Shown here: positions 1 to 8,949 of the stretch, piece by piece
Layout: each line of letters opens with the position of its first letter
Numbering within the stretch: the stretch's first letter is position 1
DNA from: an uncultured archaeon
GTDB lineage: Archaea; Nanohalarchaeota; Nanosalinia; Nanosalinales; Nanosalinaceae
NCBI GenBank assembly: GCA_964421955.1
Contig: CAYQYU010000016.1
Coordinates: 826-18,930 of the forward strand
Reading direction: 5' to 3'
DNA length: 18,105 nt
Program-made: the position numbers and the translations under genes
Notes under the pieces: model-generated
Told to the model about the DNA's origin: nothing
What the model saw: the letters and a program-made list of their open reading frames with translations, nothing else
Databases searched by the model: none

Positions 1-64
1 GTCCGTGAGAAAGGTATTCGGTCATTTGGGGTGTCTATGCTGAGGGTCCAACTAACTTTCCGTC

Positions 65-2065
65 CTATATTTTGTTTCTTTTCATTAGCTGGGCGTTGAT
101 TGCGACTATTACTGTTGAGAGAGACATTACTATTGCTCCGATTGCTGGTGAAAGCAGGATTCCGATTGGTGCCAGTACTCCGGCGGCGAGCGGTATCGCG
201 ATGGCGTTGTAGCCGGTGGCCCAGAACAGGTTCTGCAGCATTTTTCTGTAGCTGAGATTGCTGAGGTTCAGTAGTTTAACCACATCGAGAGGATTATTCT
301 GGACGAGTATGATGTCCGCTGATTCTACTGCTACATCTGTTCCGCTCCCAATTGCTATTCCAACATCTGCTCTCGTCAGTGCAGGCGCATCGTTGACACC
401 GTCGCCGACCATCGCTACTTCCTTATTCTGGCTCTGTAGTTCCTGTACTTTCTTGTCTTTGTCTTCAGGCAGGACTTCTGCAAAGTATGTGTCGATATCA
501 AGCTCTTCAGCCACCGCTTCTGCCACGTCTTCCGAGTCTCCTGTCAGCATCGCGACTTCGATTCCTCGTGAGTGGAGTTCTTCGATTGCCTCACGGCTCT
601 CCTCTCTTATTACATCCGCCAGGCCTACTGCTACTGCTTCTCCGTCTCTAAAAAGGTAAATTGCTGTTTCTGCATTTCCGGCTGCATCCTCAGCGAACTG
701 GTTTAGTTTGTCTGAGATCTGGAAGCCTTCCGACTTTGCGAGGTTTGGTCCTCCAGCATAGAGAGTTTCTCCTTTCACGTCTGCTTTTACTCCTTTACCT
801 TTGATCGCCTGGAAGTTCTCTGCATCATGAACTTCGAGATTCCTTTCCTCTGCCGAGTTCCTGATTGCTTCCGCGATAGTGTGTTCCGAATCTGACTCTA
901 CTGAGGCAAGAAGCATGAGCGCTTTGTCTTCTTCGATGCCGTCTGTCTCTATTTCCACTACTCCCATTTCTCCTTTTGTCAGGGTGCCAGTCTTGTCAAA
1001 CATGACTGTGTCTAGTTTCCTGGCTTCCTCCATCGCTATACGGTCTCTTACAAGAATTCCGTTCTTAGCAGCCATTGAAGTGTTGATGGCCACTACTAGA
1101 GGTATGGCCAGACCCAGTGCGTGGGGGCATGCGATAACGAGAACAGTGACAGCTCTTTCAATTACTGTAACATTAAACCCTGCTGCTACCATCCAGGCTG
1201 CCGCGGTGATAGCTCCTGAACCCAGTGCAATGTAGAACAACCAGCCTGCGGCTTTATCGGCGAGGAGCTGCGTCTTTGATTTGCTCCCCTGCGCTTCCTC
1301 GACCAGCTTCATTATGCCTGATAACGCAGTTTCATCTCCTGTCGCCTTTATCTCCACACGGAGACTTCCTTCATTATTCACCGTTCCACCGATGACCTCA
1401 TCACCTTCCTGCTTGTCCACAGGTCTGGATTCACCGGTTATCATCGACTCGTCAACCGAGGACTCTCCTTCAACTACTTCCCCATCAGCTGGAACTGAGG
1501 CCCCGGGTCTTACAAGCACGCGGTCGCCTTCTTCAAGTTCCGAAACCTTTATTTCCTCGGTTGACCCATCCTCAAGTATTATTTCTGCTGTATCCGGCAT
1601 TAACTGGGCGAGTTCATCTAATGCTCCCGATGCCTGTCTAATGCTCCGCATTTCAATCCAGTGACCTAGTAGCATGATATCGATCAAGGTTACGAGTTCC
1701 CAGAAAAAGGAGGATTCAGCCGGTAAAACCAGTGCTGCTAGACTGTAGACGAAGGCCACTGTAATGGCGAGAGAGATCAGCATCATCATACCAGGCTGTC
1801 GATCCTCGAACTCGGACTTCGCCATTTTCAGGAAAGGAAGTCCGCCGTAGCCAAAGATTATGATCGAGAAGATCGGGACGATGAACTGGCTGCCTGCGAG
1901 CTGAATTGGCGTGTAACCAAGCATTTCAGAAACGAACTGGCTGAAATAGAGGACTGGTATAGAGAGAAGAGTCGAAATAAAGAATTTCCGTTTGAACATT
2001 TCTTCATGATGTTTATGGCCGTGACCTGAACTATTTCCGTTTTCTTCGTGGTCTTCGTGTTCCAT
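65..2065 (-). CDS. copB: Copper-translocating P1B-type ATPase, CopB (P1B-3) type
   Basis: His-rich N-terminus (EHEDH...GHGHKHH), TGES actuator motif, CPH motif in [13 protein letters not shown] phosphorylation site, [11 protein letters not shown], and YN...MSLST in the last helices. ATG at 2065 is preferred over the TTG at 2068. Confidence 0.93.
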   Translation of the reverse strand: MEHEDHEENGNSSGHGHKHHEEMFKRKFFISTLLSIPVLYFSQFVSEMLGYTPIQLAGSQFIVPIFSIIIFGYGGLPFLKMAKSEFEDRQPGMMMLISLAITVAFVYSLAALVLPAESSFFWELVTLIDIMLLGHWIEMRSIRQASGALDELAQLMPDTAEIILEDGSTEEIKVSELEEGDRVLVRPGASVPADGEVVEGESSVDESMITGESRPVDKQEGDEVIGGTVNNEGSLRVEIKATGDETALSGIMKLVEEAQGSKSKTQLLADKAAGWLFYIALGSGAITAAAWMVAAGFNVTVIERAVTVLVIACPHALGLAIPLVVAINTSMAAKNGILVRDRIAMEEARKLDTVMFDKTGTLTKGEMGVVEIETDGIEEDKALMLLASVESDSEHTIAEAIRNSAEERNLEVHDAENFQAIKGKGVKADVKGETLYAGGPNLAKSEGFQISDKLNQFAEDAAGNAETAIYLFRDGEAVAVGLADVIREESREAIEELHSRGIEVAMLTGDSEDVAEAVAEELDIDTYFAEVLPEDKDKKVQELQSQNKEVAMVGDGVNDAPALTRADVGIAIGSGTDVAVESADIILVQNNPLDVVKLLNLSNLSYRKMLQNLFWATGYNAIAIPLAAGVLAPIGILLSPAIGAIVMSLSTVIVAINAQLMKRNKI

Positions 2066-2086
2066 CAAAAGTTATGCCCTGTCAAC

Positions 2087-2356
2087 TTATTCTTCCGTGA
2101 TTTTCTGGTAGAGATAGATTAGTCCCAGAATTGCGAGCGCCCAGAATGCGAGTCCGAATATGACGCCGTACCACCCCATCCCCCACATATTGTAGCCCAT
2201 AATGTGTGCCCCGTTATGCATCCAGCCGCCATCACTCCACATCATTCCTGGACCATAGTAGCCCTGGTCCTGTTCAGAATGTGCTACTACAGTAGAAAGG
2301 GTTGTAACCAGGGATGCGATAATTATTCCGAGTCTTGTTTTGAGTTTTATTTCCAT
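2087..2356 (-). CDS. Small Met/Gly/His-rich membrane protein, probable copper-module accessory
   Basis: 89 aa with an N-terminal hydrophobic signal/TM, a GPGMMW..GGWMHNGAHIMGYNMWGMGW loop and a C-terminal TM. About 20 bp upstream of copB on the same strand. Confidence 0.8.
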   Translation of the reverse strand: MEIKLKTRLGIIIASLVTTLSTVVAHSEQDQGYYGPGMMWSDGGWMHNGAHIMGYNMWGMGWYGVIFGLAFWALAILGLIYLYQKITEE

Positions 2357-2379
2357 GTTATAGCCTTTAAACAGGAGCC

Positions 2380-2400
2380 TTTATATCATTATATGATATA
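2380..2400. promoter_or_regulatory. Bidirectional TATA region overlapped by a palindromic operator candidate (TATATCAT-tat-ATGATATA)
   Basis: Perfect 8-bp inverted repeat at 2382-2389/2393-2400 within the 55-bp gap between divergent starts at 2356 and 2412. TTTATA/TATAAA at 2380-2385 lies about 24-32 nt from both ATGs. Confidence 0.65.
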
Positions 2401-2411
2401 TAGTTGGTAGG

Positions 2412-2813
2412 ATGACCGGGATCGACCTATCTAACGTTAATCGGCTATATACTGTTCTTCTGCTGGAATCCGGGGAGAGGCACGGATACCAGATAATCAA
2501 GGATATAGAGCGAATTACGGGTAAGAAGCCCACGACATCTCATATCTATCCCTTTCTGGAAAAGCTGGCGGAGAAAGAGGTTGTCCAGGTAGAAGAAAAA
2601 GGAGACCGGGGAAAGAAAGTGTACCGAATGACCGAGGAGGGGGAGGAACTGGTCCGGGAACAGATCGATGCCTTTGGAGAAATACTTCATGCCGCAATAG
2701 AAGGAGAGATAGAGGAATGCGAAAACTGTGGGTGCGAGATCTACAGGGGAGGCTATGAAGAAGACGGTAAAACCTACTGCTGTGAACACTGTGCTTTCTC
2801 AAAAGAAAGATGA
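2412..2813 (+). CDS. PadR-family wHTH regulator with C-terminal Cys-rich (metallothionein/TRASH-like) metal-binding domain
   Basis: PadR signature HGYQIIK...IYPFLEKL...GKKVYRMTEEG. C-terminal CENCGC-x14-CCEHC. Divergent from the copB unit. Confidence 0.88.
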   Translation: MTGIDLSNVNRLYTVLLLESGERHGYQIIKDIERITGKKPTTSHIYPFLEKLAEKEVVQVEEKGDRGKKVYRMTEEGEELVREQIDAFGEILHAAIEGEIEECENCGCEIYRGGYEEDGKTYCCEHCAFSKER

Positions 2814-2842
2814 AGCAGGAAGTGAATTGAGGTTAGAGGCAG

Positions 2843-3033
2843 CTATGTCAGGCCAGTTTTATCCGGATGTATTTGCTCTATCTCTGCCTCCTGAACCTCG
2901 CTAATTTGCTCTGAAATGTTCATTAACTCGGGCCGATCTGTGCGGTTCGGCACCATCTCAGCCATTTCAATCGCGCCTCTATGGTGCTCAGTCATGGCTT
3001 GAAGATAGTTCGCATCGGCCTGATTATACTCAG
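2843..3033 (-). pseudogene. DUF305 (CopM-like, ferritin-like HH) domain fragment
   Basis: NQADANYLQAMTEHHRGAIEMAEMVPNRTDRPELMNISEQISEVQEAEIEQI matches the DUF305 pattern (D..F/Y...M..HH.GAI.MA). Only one HH unit, no credible start or signal peptide in frame, abrupt end. Confidence 0.65.
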
Positions 3034-3048
3034 GATTGCAGGTTATAT

Positions 3049-3384
3049 CTAAAAATAGAGGGAAGTAAGTGGTTTTACGGCGGCTATCTCTGCATTCCCC
3101 CCCCTGCCGCCCTGCATTCCTTGGCCCATTCCTGACTGGTTCATCATTCCCTGCTGACCCATCATCTGCTGCATCATTCGTTGCATCTGGTTCATTTGAG
3201 CCATCATTTGCTGCATCTGTTGCTGTTGATGCCGGTGCATTTGCCTGTGTTCCATCATCCATTCCTGCATGGACTGGTTTGTCTGGTTCTGCATCATAGG
3301 TCCCTGCTGAGGCTGGGCCACAACCATAGAGATAAATCCAAGACCCAAGACAGTTGCAAGACCGAAGACTAGTTTTTTGTTCAT
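3049..3384 (-). CDS. Secreted Met/Gln/His-rich low-complexity protein, putative copper binder
   Basis: Sec-type signal peptide MNKKLVFGLATVLGLGFISMVVA, then a very M/Q-rich mature part with EHRQMHRH. GGTGA SD-like motif just upstream of the ATG. The true stop may be at 3084 if the G8 tract is really G7. Confidence 0.8.
   Translation of the reverse strand: MNKKLVFGLATVLGLGFISMVVAQPQQGPMMQNQTNQSMQEWMMEHRQMHRHQQQQMQQMMAQMNQMQRMMQQMMGQQGMMNQSGMGQGMQGGRGGNAEIAAVKPLTSLYF
3097..3104 (-). repeat. G8 homopolymer tract at a frame junction
   Basis: C8 on the plus strand at 3097-3104, within the codons for RGG of the Met/Gln-rich gene. Confidence 0.85.
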
Positions 3385-3568
3385 CTCAGCTCACCTATAC
3401 AGATACTGTCTGGCTGTAAAGATAATCACTATTCCAGTCTAGAATATACTATGAAGAATCATCGGTAACCTGTCCCTGAAGGCCCATCTTATTCAGTTCC
3501 TGGAGAATCTGCTGCGAATGTACAGACTTATATCCGTTTTCTCATGTGCATATATTAATCGGTAAAAA

Positions 3569-4636
3569 ATGGCGTCGCAGGTAGATCAGGCTAAACTTGA
3601 TCATCCGGTCACTTACAGTTTTTCTGACGGAGATTTGAAGGATATCTGGCGTTCTTACCGTCTCGGAGGCCTCAATGAAGGAGAAGTCAACAGGCTTCTG
3701 CAGCGTAGCCCGGAGGTGATCGGAGCTATAGAGCGATACTCAGGCGATGTTAATGATTACATTTCAGATATCTGTGCCGGCGATGGCGATGAATCCTATG
3801 ATATTCTGGAGCACCTGCCGGTGATCGCGACATACTTTGATTCAGAGTTCGAGACGTTTGATGTCGGGTTTCACATGGTGTGCTCAGGTGACGACAAGAA
3901 GACCGAATACTTCCTGAGAAGCAAGCCTACTTGGGAAGGAGAAATGGAGCCAGGGGCGAGAGAGGAAGTTATCAGGGCCATAGGTGATGAGCTCTACTTC
4001 GGCCATCGGCCTGTCCTATCCCAGTACCTGCCGGTCATACAGGATCTTGCGCCAGTAGAAACAGACCTCCTAGAGCAGGAGATATACTCGAAAATTACCG
4101 GCGATAGCTGCATGGCGAGGGCTGCAGCCAGCACCCCGTTCAGCGACCTTCCCGGGGATATAGCAGAGTACGTGCCCGACCGTGTCAGGGAGAACGCGAT
4201 CAGTATTGACGGCGTGGTCCCGAGGACCCGCGGAATAAAAGGTGCGAAAGGCTGCGAAAAACTGGAGCCGCGACACTTGGACACCTTCCTGGGGGAAGAC
4301 CCGACGAAGGAAACCGTGCTGCTCTCTCTCGACGATAACCTCGTAGGGGCGTTGAAGGAAACAAATGCCAATTCCATACTCGGCCTCAGAGATGTCGAAA
4401 ATAATGGCCGGTATCCGATCTGGAAGGGCTGGACCTACAGGTCGACCTGGAACCTCTGGAATAGAAGGGAAGAGGCCGAGGAAATCCAGGGGTGGCAGGT
4501 CATGGAGCTCGATCACCTGCCGATTGATCCTATGGGGAGACAGACTGGTGAAGAGGTTAGAGAAGACCCTGAATGGTTCCGGGAGTTGATCGACAGCAGA
4601 GTCGAAGAGCTTGAAGAAGAGTTGCTGGAACAGTAG
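3569..4636 (+). CDS. Hypothetical protein (acidic, soluble)
   Basis: 355-aa ORF with D/E-rich composition that fills the gap and converges on sdpI with a 3-bp gap. No family recognised. Confidence 0.8.
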   Translation: MASQVDQAKLDHPVTYSFSDGDLKDIWRSYRLGGLNEGEVNRLLQRSPEVIGAIERYSGDVNDYISDICAGDGDESYDILEHLPVIATYFDSEFETFDVGFHMVCSGDDKKTEYFLRSKPTWEGEMEPGAREEVIRAIGDELYFGHRPVLSQYLPVIQDLAPVETDLLEQEIYSKITGDSCMARAAASTPFSDLPGDIAEYVPDRVRENAISIDGVVPRTRGIKGAKGCEKLEPRHLDTFLGEDPTKETVLLSLDDNLVGALKETNANSILGLRDVENNGRYPIWKGWTYRSTWNLWNRREEAEEIQGWQVMELDHLPIDPMGRQTGEEVREDPEWFRELIDSRVEELEEELLEQ

Positions 4637-4639
4637 TTT

Positions 4640-5284
4640 CTATTCCCATTCGTTTTTCCTGTAGCTCCAGTAGGAGTAGATCGTTGAGAACACCGCGACC
4701 GCGACGGCAGGGAGAACGAGCAGCCATATGCCGTAGTCAGGAAAAGCGAGTACTGCGAGGGATATGGCTGCGGCGAGTTTCATGAGTGGTGCGGTCTTTT
4801 CGTGAGTATCCTTCCAGACCTCGTCGCTGCTCAGTGTCCAAGGAGTCCTGATTCCTACGAACCAGTTTCTTTCTGCGCGCTCCATTATCTTGGCCGCTAG
4901 ATAGTAGGCTGAGAAGACGACAGGAACCACCATAGACGTGGTGTTGTACTGGTAGCCGAGATTCCAGAGAATGATCATTCCCTGGAGATAGACAAAAATT
5001 CCGGTTACCAAGAGCTTCAGTAGCTGGTAGAGATCCTCGAAGCTCTCGTAGTTCTCGCCGAGCGGGTCGATCCCTGGAAGGTAATGGAAAAGCAAGAGTA
5101 TTCCTGCGGCGAGCCCGGGTAGTAACAGGAGCCCCGGCACCAGCGGCATGTAGCCGTCCGGCTGCCCGGAGGCGTCGAAATGGATCGCGATCTCTCCTGG
5201 CAGCTGTGTGAAGCCGTAGGCCGTTATCGCTGCCAGAACTGCCAGGAGTATAAGCGAGCCATAGTCTGCTTTCTTGAATTCCAT
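4640..5284 (-). CDS. SdpI/YhfL-family immunity membrane protein (DUF1648 + SdpI)
   Basis: LPGEIAIHFDASGQPDGY (DUF1648) and RNWFVGIRTPWTLSSDEVWKDTH (SdpI signature), with about 6 TM helices. Confidence 0.9.
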   Translation of the reverse strand: MEFKKADYGSLILLAVLAAITAYGFTQLPGEIAIHFDASGQPDGYMPLVPGLLLLPGLAAGILLLFHYLPGIDPLGENYESFEDLYQLLKLLVTGIFVYLQGMIILWNLGYQYNTTSMVVPVVFSAYYLAAKIMERAERNWFVGIRTPWTLSSDEVWKDTHEKTAPLMKLAAAISLAVLAFPDYGIWLLVLPAVAVAVFSTIYSYWSYRKNEWE

Positions 5285-5336
5285 AATAATCTTTTGCTAT
5301 CGTAGCTTAAACATTTCGTTGCATTAAGAGACTGAT

Positions 5337-6545
5337 TCACTCATACCTCAGTGCGTCCGCGGGCTGTAGCCGGGCGGCCTTTCTGGCGGGTAGAACGCCC
5401 GAGACAGTTCCTATAGTGAAGGAGAAGAGTAATGCCCCTAGAAGTAGTTCAGGGCCCAGGTAGGCGTTTATCTGGATGTTTGTTGCCTGAGTCGCAGCGT
5501 AGGATGCGCCGATAGCCATCAGACCTCCTGCGAGCAGTCCTATGATGCCACCTATCAACCCTATTATCCCGGATTCTATGAGGAACAGGGTCATTATCTG
5601 CCTGTTCGTGGCTCCGATCGCCTTCATGACCCCTATCTCTCGTGTCCTCTGGGTCACCGAGGTGTACATCGTGTTCATGATTCCCACCCCGCCTACAAGC
5701 AGTGATATCGATGCAATGCCTATCACCACTCCTCTAACCACGTTCAGGATATCCTGGAAGGACTCGAGCAGGTCCTCCTGTGTCGAAACCGTGAAGTCTT
5801 CCTCTCCTTCATCCACGTTCCTGATGTCCCGTAGTTCTGCCTCGACATCTTCCTTTGCCTCCTTGGGATCGATTCCCGGCTGTGTCCGTGCGAAGATCCA
5901 GTCGTAATTCCCTTCTTCTATGCCGAGCAGTTCCTGAGATTCCGATATCGGCATCACTACCGCGCTGTCGATCGAGGGGTCGCCTGTAGGTTCCATTACA
6001 CCAACGACCCTGAACGTTTTGCCGTCTATCTCTATCCGGCTCCTGATGTTGGCTTCTTCCTCAAAGGTTCCGTCCGCCACCTGGCTTCCTATGACGATGC
6101 CCGAGGTATCTGTGCCGCGTATCTGGCGGCCCTCCTCAATTGTTATCGCCCAGCTTGTCTCGACTAGCTCCTGTTTTTCGCCCGCCGGTATCCCGAGTAT
6201 GGTCACGAAGGCTTGGTCGTCCTTGAAGTAAGCAGGCGCGTTAGAGAAAATGGCTCCTGCGACCTCGTCGATCGATTTGGCGTTGGAGACGGCGTTCAGG
6301 TCGTCCTCTGAAAGCCTCTTTGACGTCACCTGGCCCTGTGTCTGGTCTCCTCCAGGGTTGATGAATATCTTGTCGCTGCCGATTGCCTCGAACTCTTTTT
6401 CGACAGATTCCTCGAGACCCTGGCCCAGCGAGATCAGCGCAACTACAGCGGTTATCCCTATGAATATGCCGATGACCGTGAGCCAGGATCTCCTCCTCCT
6501 GTGCCGAATGTTCCGTATTGCGAGCCTGAAAAGGTCCTGTATCAT
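5337..6545 (-). CDS. MacB/FtsX-family ABC transporter permease
   Basis: RSWLTVIGIFIGI TM1, large extracytoplasmic domain, SLLVGGVGIMNTMYTSVTQRTREIGVMKAIGA, and C-terminal PARKAARLQPADALRYE. Confidence 0.93.
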   Translation of the reverse strand: MIQDLFRLAIRNIRHRRRRSWLTVIGIFIGITAVVALISLGQGLEESVEKEFEAIGSDKIFINPGGDQTQGQVTSKRLSEDDLNAVSNAKSIDEVAGAIFSNAPAYFKDDQAFVTILGIPAGEKQELVETSWAITIEEGRQIRGTDTSGIVIGSQVADGTFEEEANIRSRIEIDGKTFRVVGVMEPTGDPSIDSAVVMPISESQELLGIEEGNYDWIFARTQPGIDPKEAKEDVEAELRDIRNVDEGEEDFTVSTQEDLLESFQDILNVVRGVVIGIASISLLVGGVGIMNTMYTSVTQRTREIGVMKAIGATNRQIMTLFLIESGIIGLIGGIIGLLAGGLMAIGASYAATQATNIQINAYLGPELLLGALLFSFTIGTVSGVLPARKAARLQPADALRYE

Positions 6546-7750
6546 TTCTTGTACCTCAGTGCCTCGGCAGGTTTGAGTTTTGATGCCTCGTACGCCGGAT
6601 AGCCACCGGAGAGCGCACCCACCACGAAGGCGAAGATTAGCGCTCCGATGACGAGCTCGGGCGAGATGTAGGGGGAGATAGGAACTCCAAGCTGCTGGGT
6701 GATCACTGTCGCGGCGGCCGTGCTCATCCCGATGCCGAGTAATATACCCATTATGCCTCCGACCACTCCTATCAGCCCTGACTCTATGAGGAACAGCGCC
6801 ATTATCTGCCTGTTCGTTGCCCCCACGGCTTTCATCACTCCTATTTCCCGGGTTCTCTCGGTCACCGACGTGAACATGGTATTCATTATTCCTACGCCTC
6901 CCACGAGAAGCGAAATTGCTCCTATACCGATAAGGATGCTCTGGACGATTGCGAACTGGTTCTGGAAAGATTTTATTATGTCGTCGGCTGTCTGGGTGGT
7001 GAAATCTTCCTCATCCTCCTCCACGTTCCTGGCATCTCTCAGGTTCTGGTCTATGTTCTCTTCAACCTCTTTCGGTGTGAAACCTGGGCGTACCTCTGCA
7101 ACTATCGCATCGTAGCTATCCGGCTTCTCTAGGACTTCACGAGCCTCATCGATCTGCATGAGTATGCCGTTGTCAACTGCGGGATTCCCTGCGCTCTCGG
7201 CTATTCCGATGACGCGATACTCCTTACCGTCCAGCTTCAGCTTGGTCCTGAGCCCGATCTCGTCCTCGAAGAAGTTTTCCGCTGCGCTCGAACCTACTAA
7301 GATCCCGGAGGTGTCTGTATCCCGGAGGTAGCGGCCCTCCGCAACCTCAATATTCAGCGACTCCCTGACAAGATCCGAGTCAGTGGTGATGCCGAGCAGT
7401 GTTATGTAACCGCGGTCATCCCTGTAGCTGGCCTGGACGCTTCCTGTGACCCGGCCCGCGACACGGTCGACACCTCTTGTTCTCCTGATCACTGCGAGGT
7501 CGTCGTCCGTTATCTTGACGGTGGTGCCTGAGAAACGCTGGTTGATGCCAGAACTGCCAGGCATCACAAAGACCTTGTCACCCCCTAGTTCCTCGAACTT
7601 GTTCTGGATAGAGCCCTCAAGACCCTGCCCGATGGATATGAGCGCGACAACGGCCATTATTCCTATCAGAGTTCCAATTATGGTGAGCCAGGAGCGTTTG
7701 CCGCGGTGCCTGATGTTCCTGACCGCAAGTCTGAGAAATTCTCCATACAT
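6542..7750 (-). CDS. MacB/FtsX-family ABC transporter permease (tandem paralog)
   Basis: Same motifs (GIMNTMFTSVTERTREIGVMKAVGA; PAEALRY). 4-bp ATGA overlap with the next gene. ATG at 7750 is preferred over the TTG at 7753. Confidence 0.93.
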   Translation of the reverse strand: MYGEFLRLAVRNIRHRGKRSWLTIIGTLIGIMAVVALISIGQGLEGSIQNKFEELGGDKVFVMPGSSGINQRFSGTTVKITDDDLAVIRRTRGVDRVAGRVTGSVQASYRDDRGYITLLGITTDSDLVRESLNIEVAEGRYLRDTDTSGILVGSSAAENFFEDEIGLRTKLKLDGKEYRVIGIAESAGNPAVDNGILMQIDEAREVLEKPDSYDAIVAEVRPGFTPKEVEENIDQNLRDARNVEEDEEDFTTQTADDIIKSFQNQFAIVQSILIGIGAISLLVGGVGIMNTMFTSVTERTREIGVMKAVGATNRQIMALFLIESGLIGVVGGIMGILLGIGMSTAAATVITQQLGVPISPYISPELVIGALIFAFVVGALSGGYPAYEASKLKPAEALRYKK

Positions 7751-7753
7751 CAA

Positions 7754-8938
7754 TTAACTCCTTTTCCGTCTCCTTCTCCAGTACCAGATTCCCGCGAGGA
7801 TAATGACTGCCGCGATGCCAACAGGCAGGAGACGGTTTCCGCTCCTGAGTCCGAGCTGCCTGAGCTCCTGCTGGGAGTAGACATCTGCCTCGATAGTCTG
7901 CGTCTCAGTTCTCAGGCCGTCCTCGGTCTTGTACTGGATGTCTACCGGCATAGAGATTGTTTCCGCGTCCCCCTCAACGTTAATCTGGTACTCCGCGGTC
8001 TGGAAGTCATCGGGGTCCATGTTCCCGATGTAGGTTGTTTCGGGTGAAAGGAGATTGTAGCCGTCGCCATCTTTTACGACAATCTGCGTGAACCGGGCGC
8101 GGCCCTCTCCCCGGTTGACTATTCTGACAGTCACAGTATCCGTGATTCCCTGTGAAAGCCTATTTTCACTGTTCAGGTCTGTTTCAAGCTGTGGAAGACC
8201 TCCTATTACAGTTCCTATCGTGGTCTCCCTTTCAAACTCTGTGCCGGCCTCGTTCTCATAGCTGAGTTCGAAAGGAAGCCTGTAGACTCCGTTGTCCGCG
8301 GCTTCATCGGCGCTGAGCCTGTAGGTTATCTCCACGGTGTTCCCGGGATCTATTTCCCTTATATTCCTGTTAGAAGAGCCGGAGACGATGACAGGGGTGT
8401 CATCGGCTATGTCGAACTTGGCCTGGATATTCTTCAGCTGTGCATCGGCCATGTTTTCCAGAGTGATCTTCATTTCACGTGTTTCCCCTGGCGCCATGTA
8501 GTCCGTGAAGTTGACATCTTTTACCGAGAGAATATTGTTGTCAGCCCGGACCTCCACGGGAAGGCCCTGGGTGTAGGTGAGGTCAGAGTTCTTTATCGTG
8601 AACTTCATGGTGTTGTTTCCCTGGACCGCGTTTTCGTCAACCCGGACATCCAGTCTTATCTGGTATTCCTCTCCGGGGGCCAGCGTTCCTAGACTCCAGT
8701 TGTTGGTGTTGCCCCTGACAACCTCGAAGGGATAGTTCTCGTTAAAGCTCACCTTCACATTGCTGGCCTTCGCGTTGCCAGTGTTTGTGGCTTCAACCCA
8801 GACTGTTCCGTACTCCGAGCTCTGGAGCGGTAGAGGCTCTGTTTTCTTCAGGTCGAGTTCTATATTTGAACTGTCCTGGGCTGCCGTGAAGGTTGTAAGT
8901 ACTAGAATTCCAAGTACGAGAGATAATGCTTTCTTCAT
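7754..8938 (-). CDS. COG1361 S-layer-domain / CARDB-like Ig-repeat surface protein associated with a MacB-type transporter
   Basis: Signal peptide, three Ig-like repeats (N.G...A.NV.V; LG.L.PGE), and a C-terminal TM with an RRRRKRS tail. Lies between the ATPase and the permeases. Confidence 0.82.
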   Translation of the reverse strand: MKKALSLVLGILVLTTFTAAQDSSNIELDLKKTEPLPLQSSEYGTVWVEATNTGNAKASNVKVSFNENYPFEVVRGNTNNWSLGTLAPGEEYQIRLDVRVDENAVQGNNTMKFTIKNSDLTYTQGLPVEVRADNNILSVKDVNFTDYMAPGETREMKITLENMADAQLKNIQAKFDIADDTPVIVSGSSNRNIREIDPGNTVEITYRLSADEAADNGVYRLPFELSYENEAGTEFERETTIGTVIGGLPQLETDLNSENRLSQGITDTVTVRIVNRGEGRARFTQIVVKDGDGYNLLSPETTYIGNMDPDDFQTAEYQINVEGDAETISMPVDIQYKTEDGLRTETQTIEADVYSQQELRQLGLRSGNRLLPVGIAAVIILAGIWYWRRRRKRS

Positions 8939-8949
8939 GTATATTATCT

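Noticed and set aside
3034-3262. N-terminal part of the 139-aa ORF 2843..3262 (MDDGTQANAPAS...)
   Set aside because: Off-frame shadow of the Met/Gln-rich gene; only the downstream DUF305-like part looks coding.
3110-3300. Short recurring TGCATC/CATCAT units resembling a repeat array
   Set aside because: Explained by ATG/CAG codon runs in a low-complexity protein; no constant repeat-spacer period, so not CRISPR.
3430-3446. Imperfect palindrome TATTCCAG-t-CTAGAATA upstream of the Met/Gln-rich gene
   Set aside because: 7/8 match only, and it does not resemble the 2382-2400 motif in sequence or spacing; could be chance.
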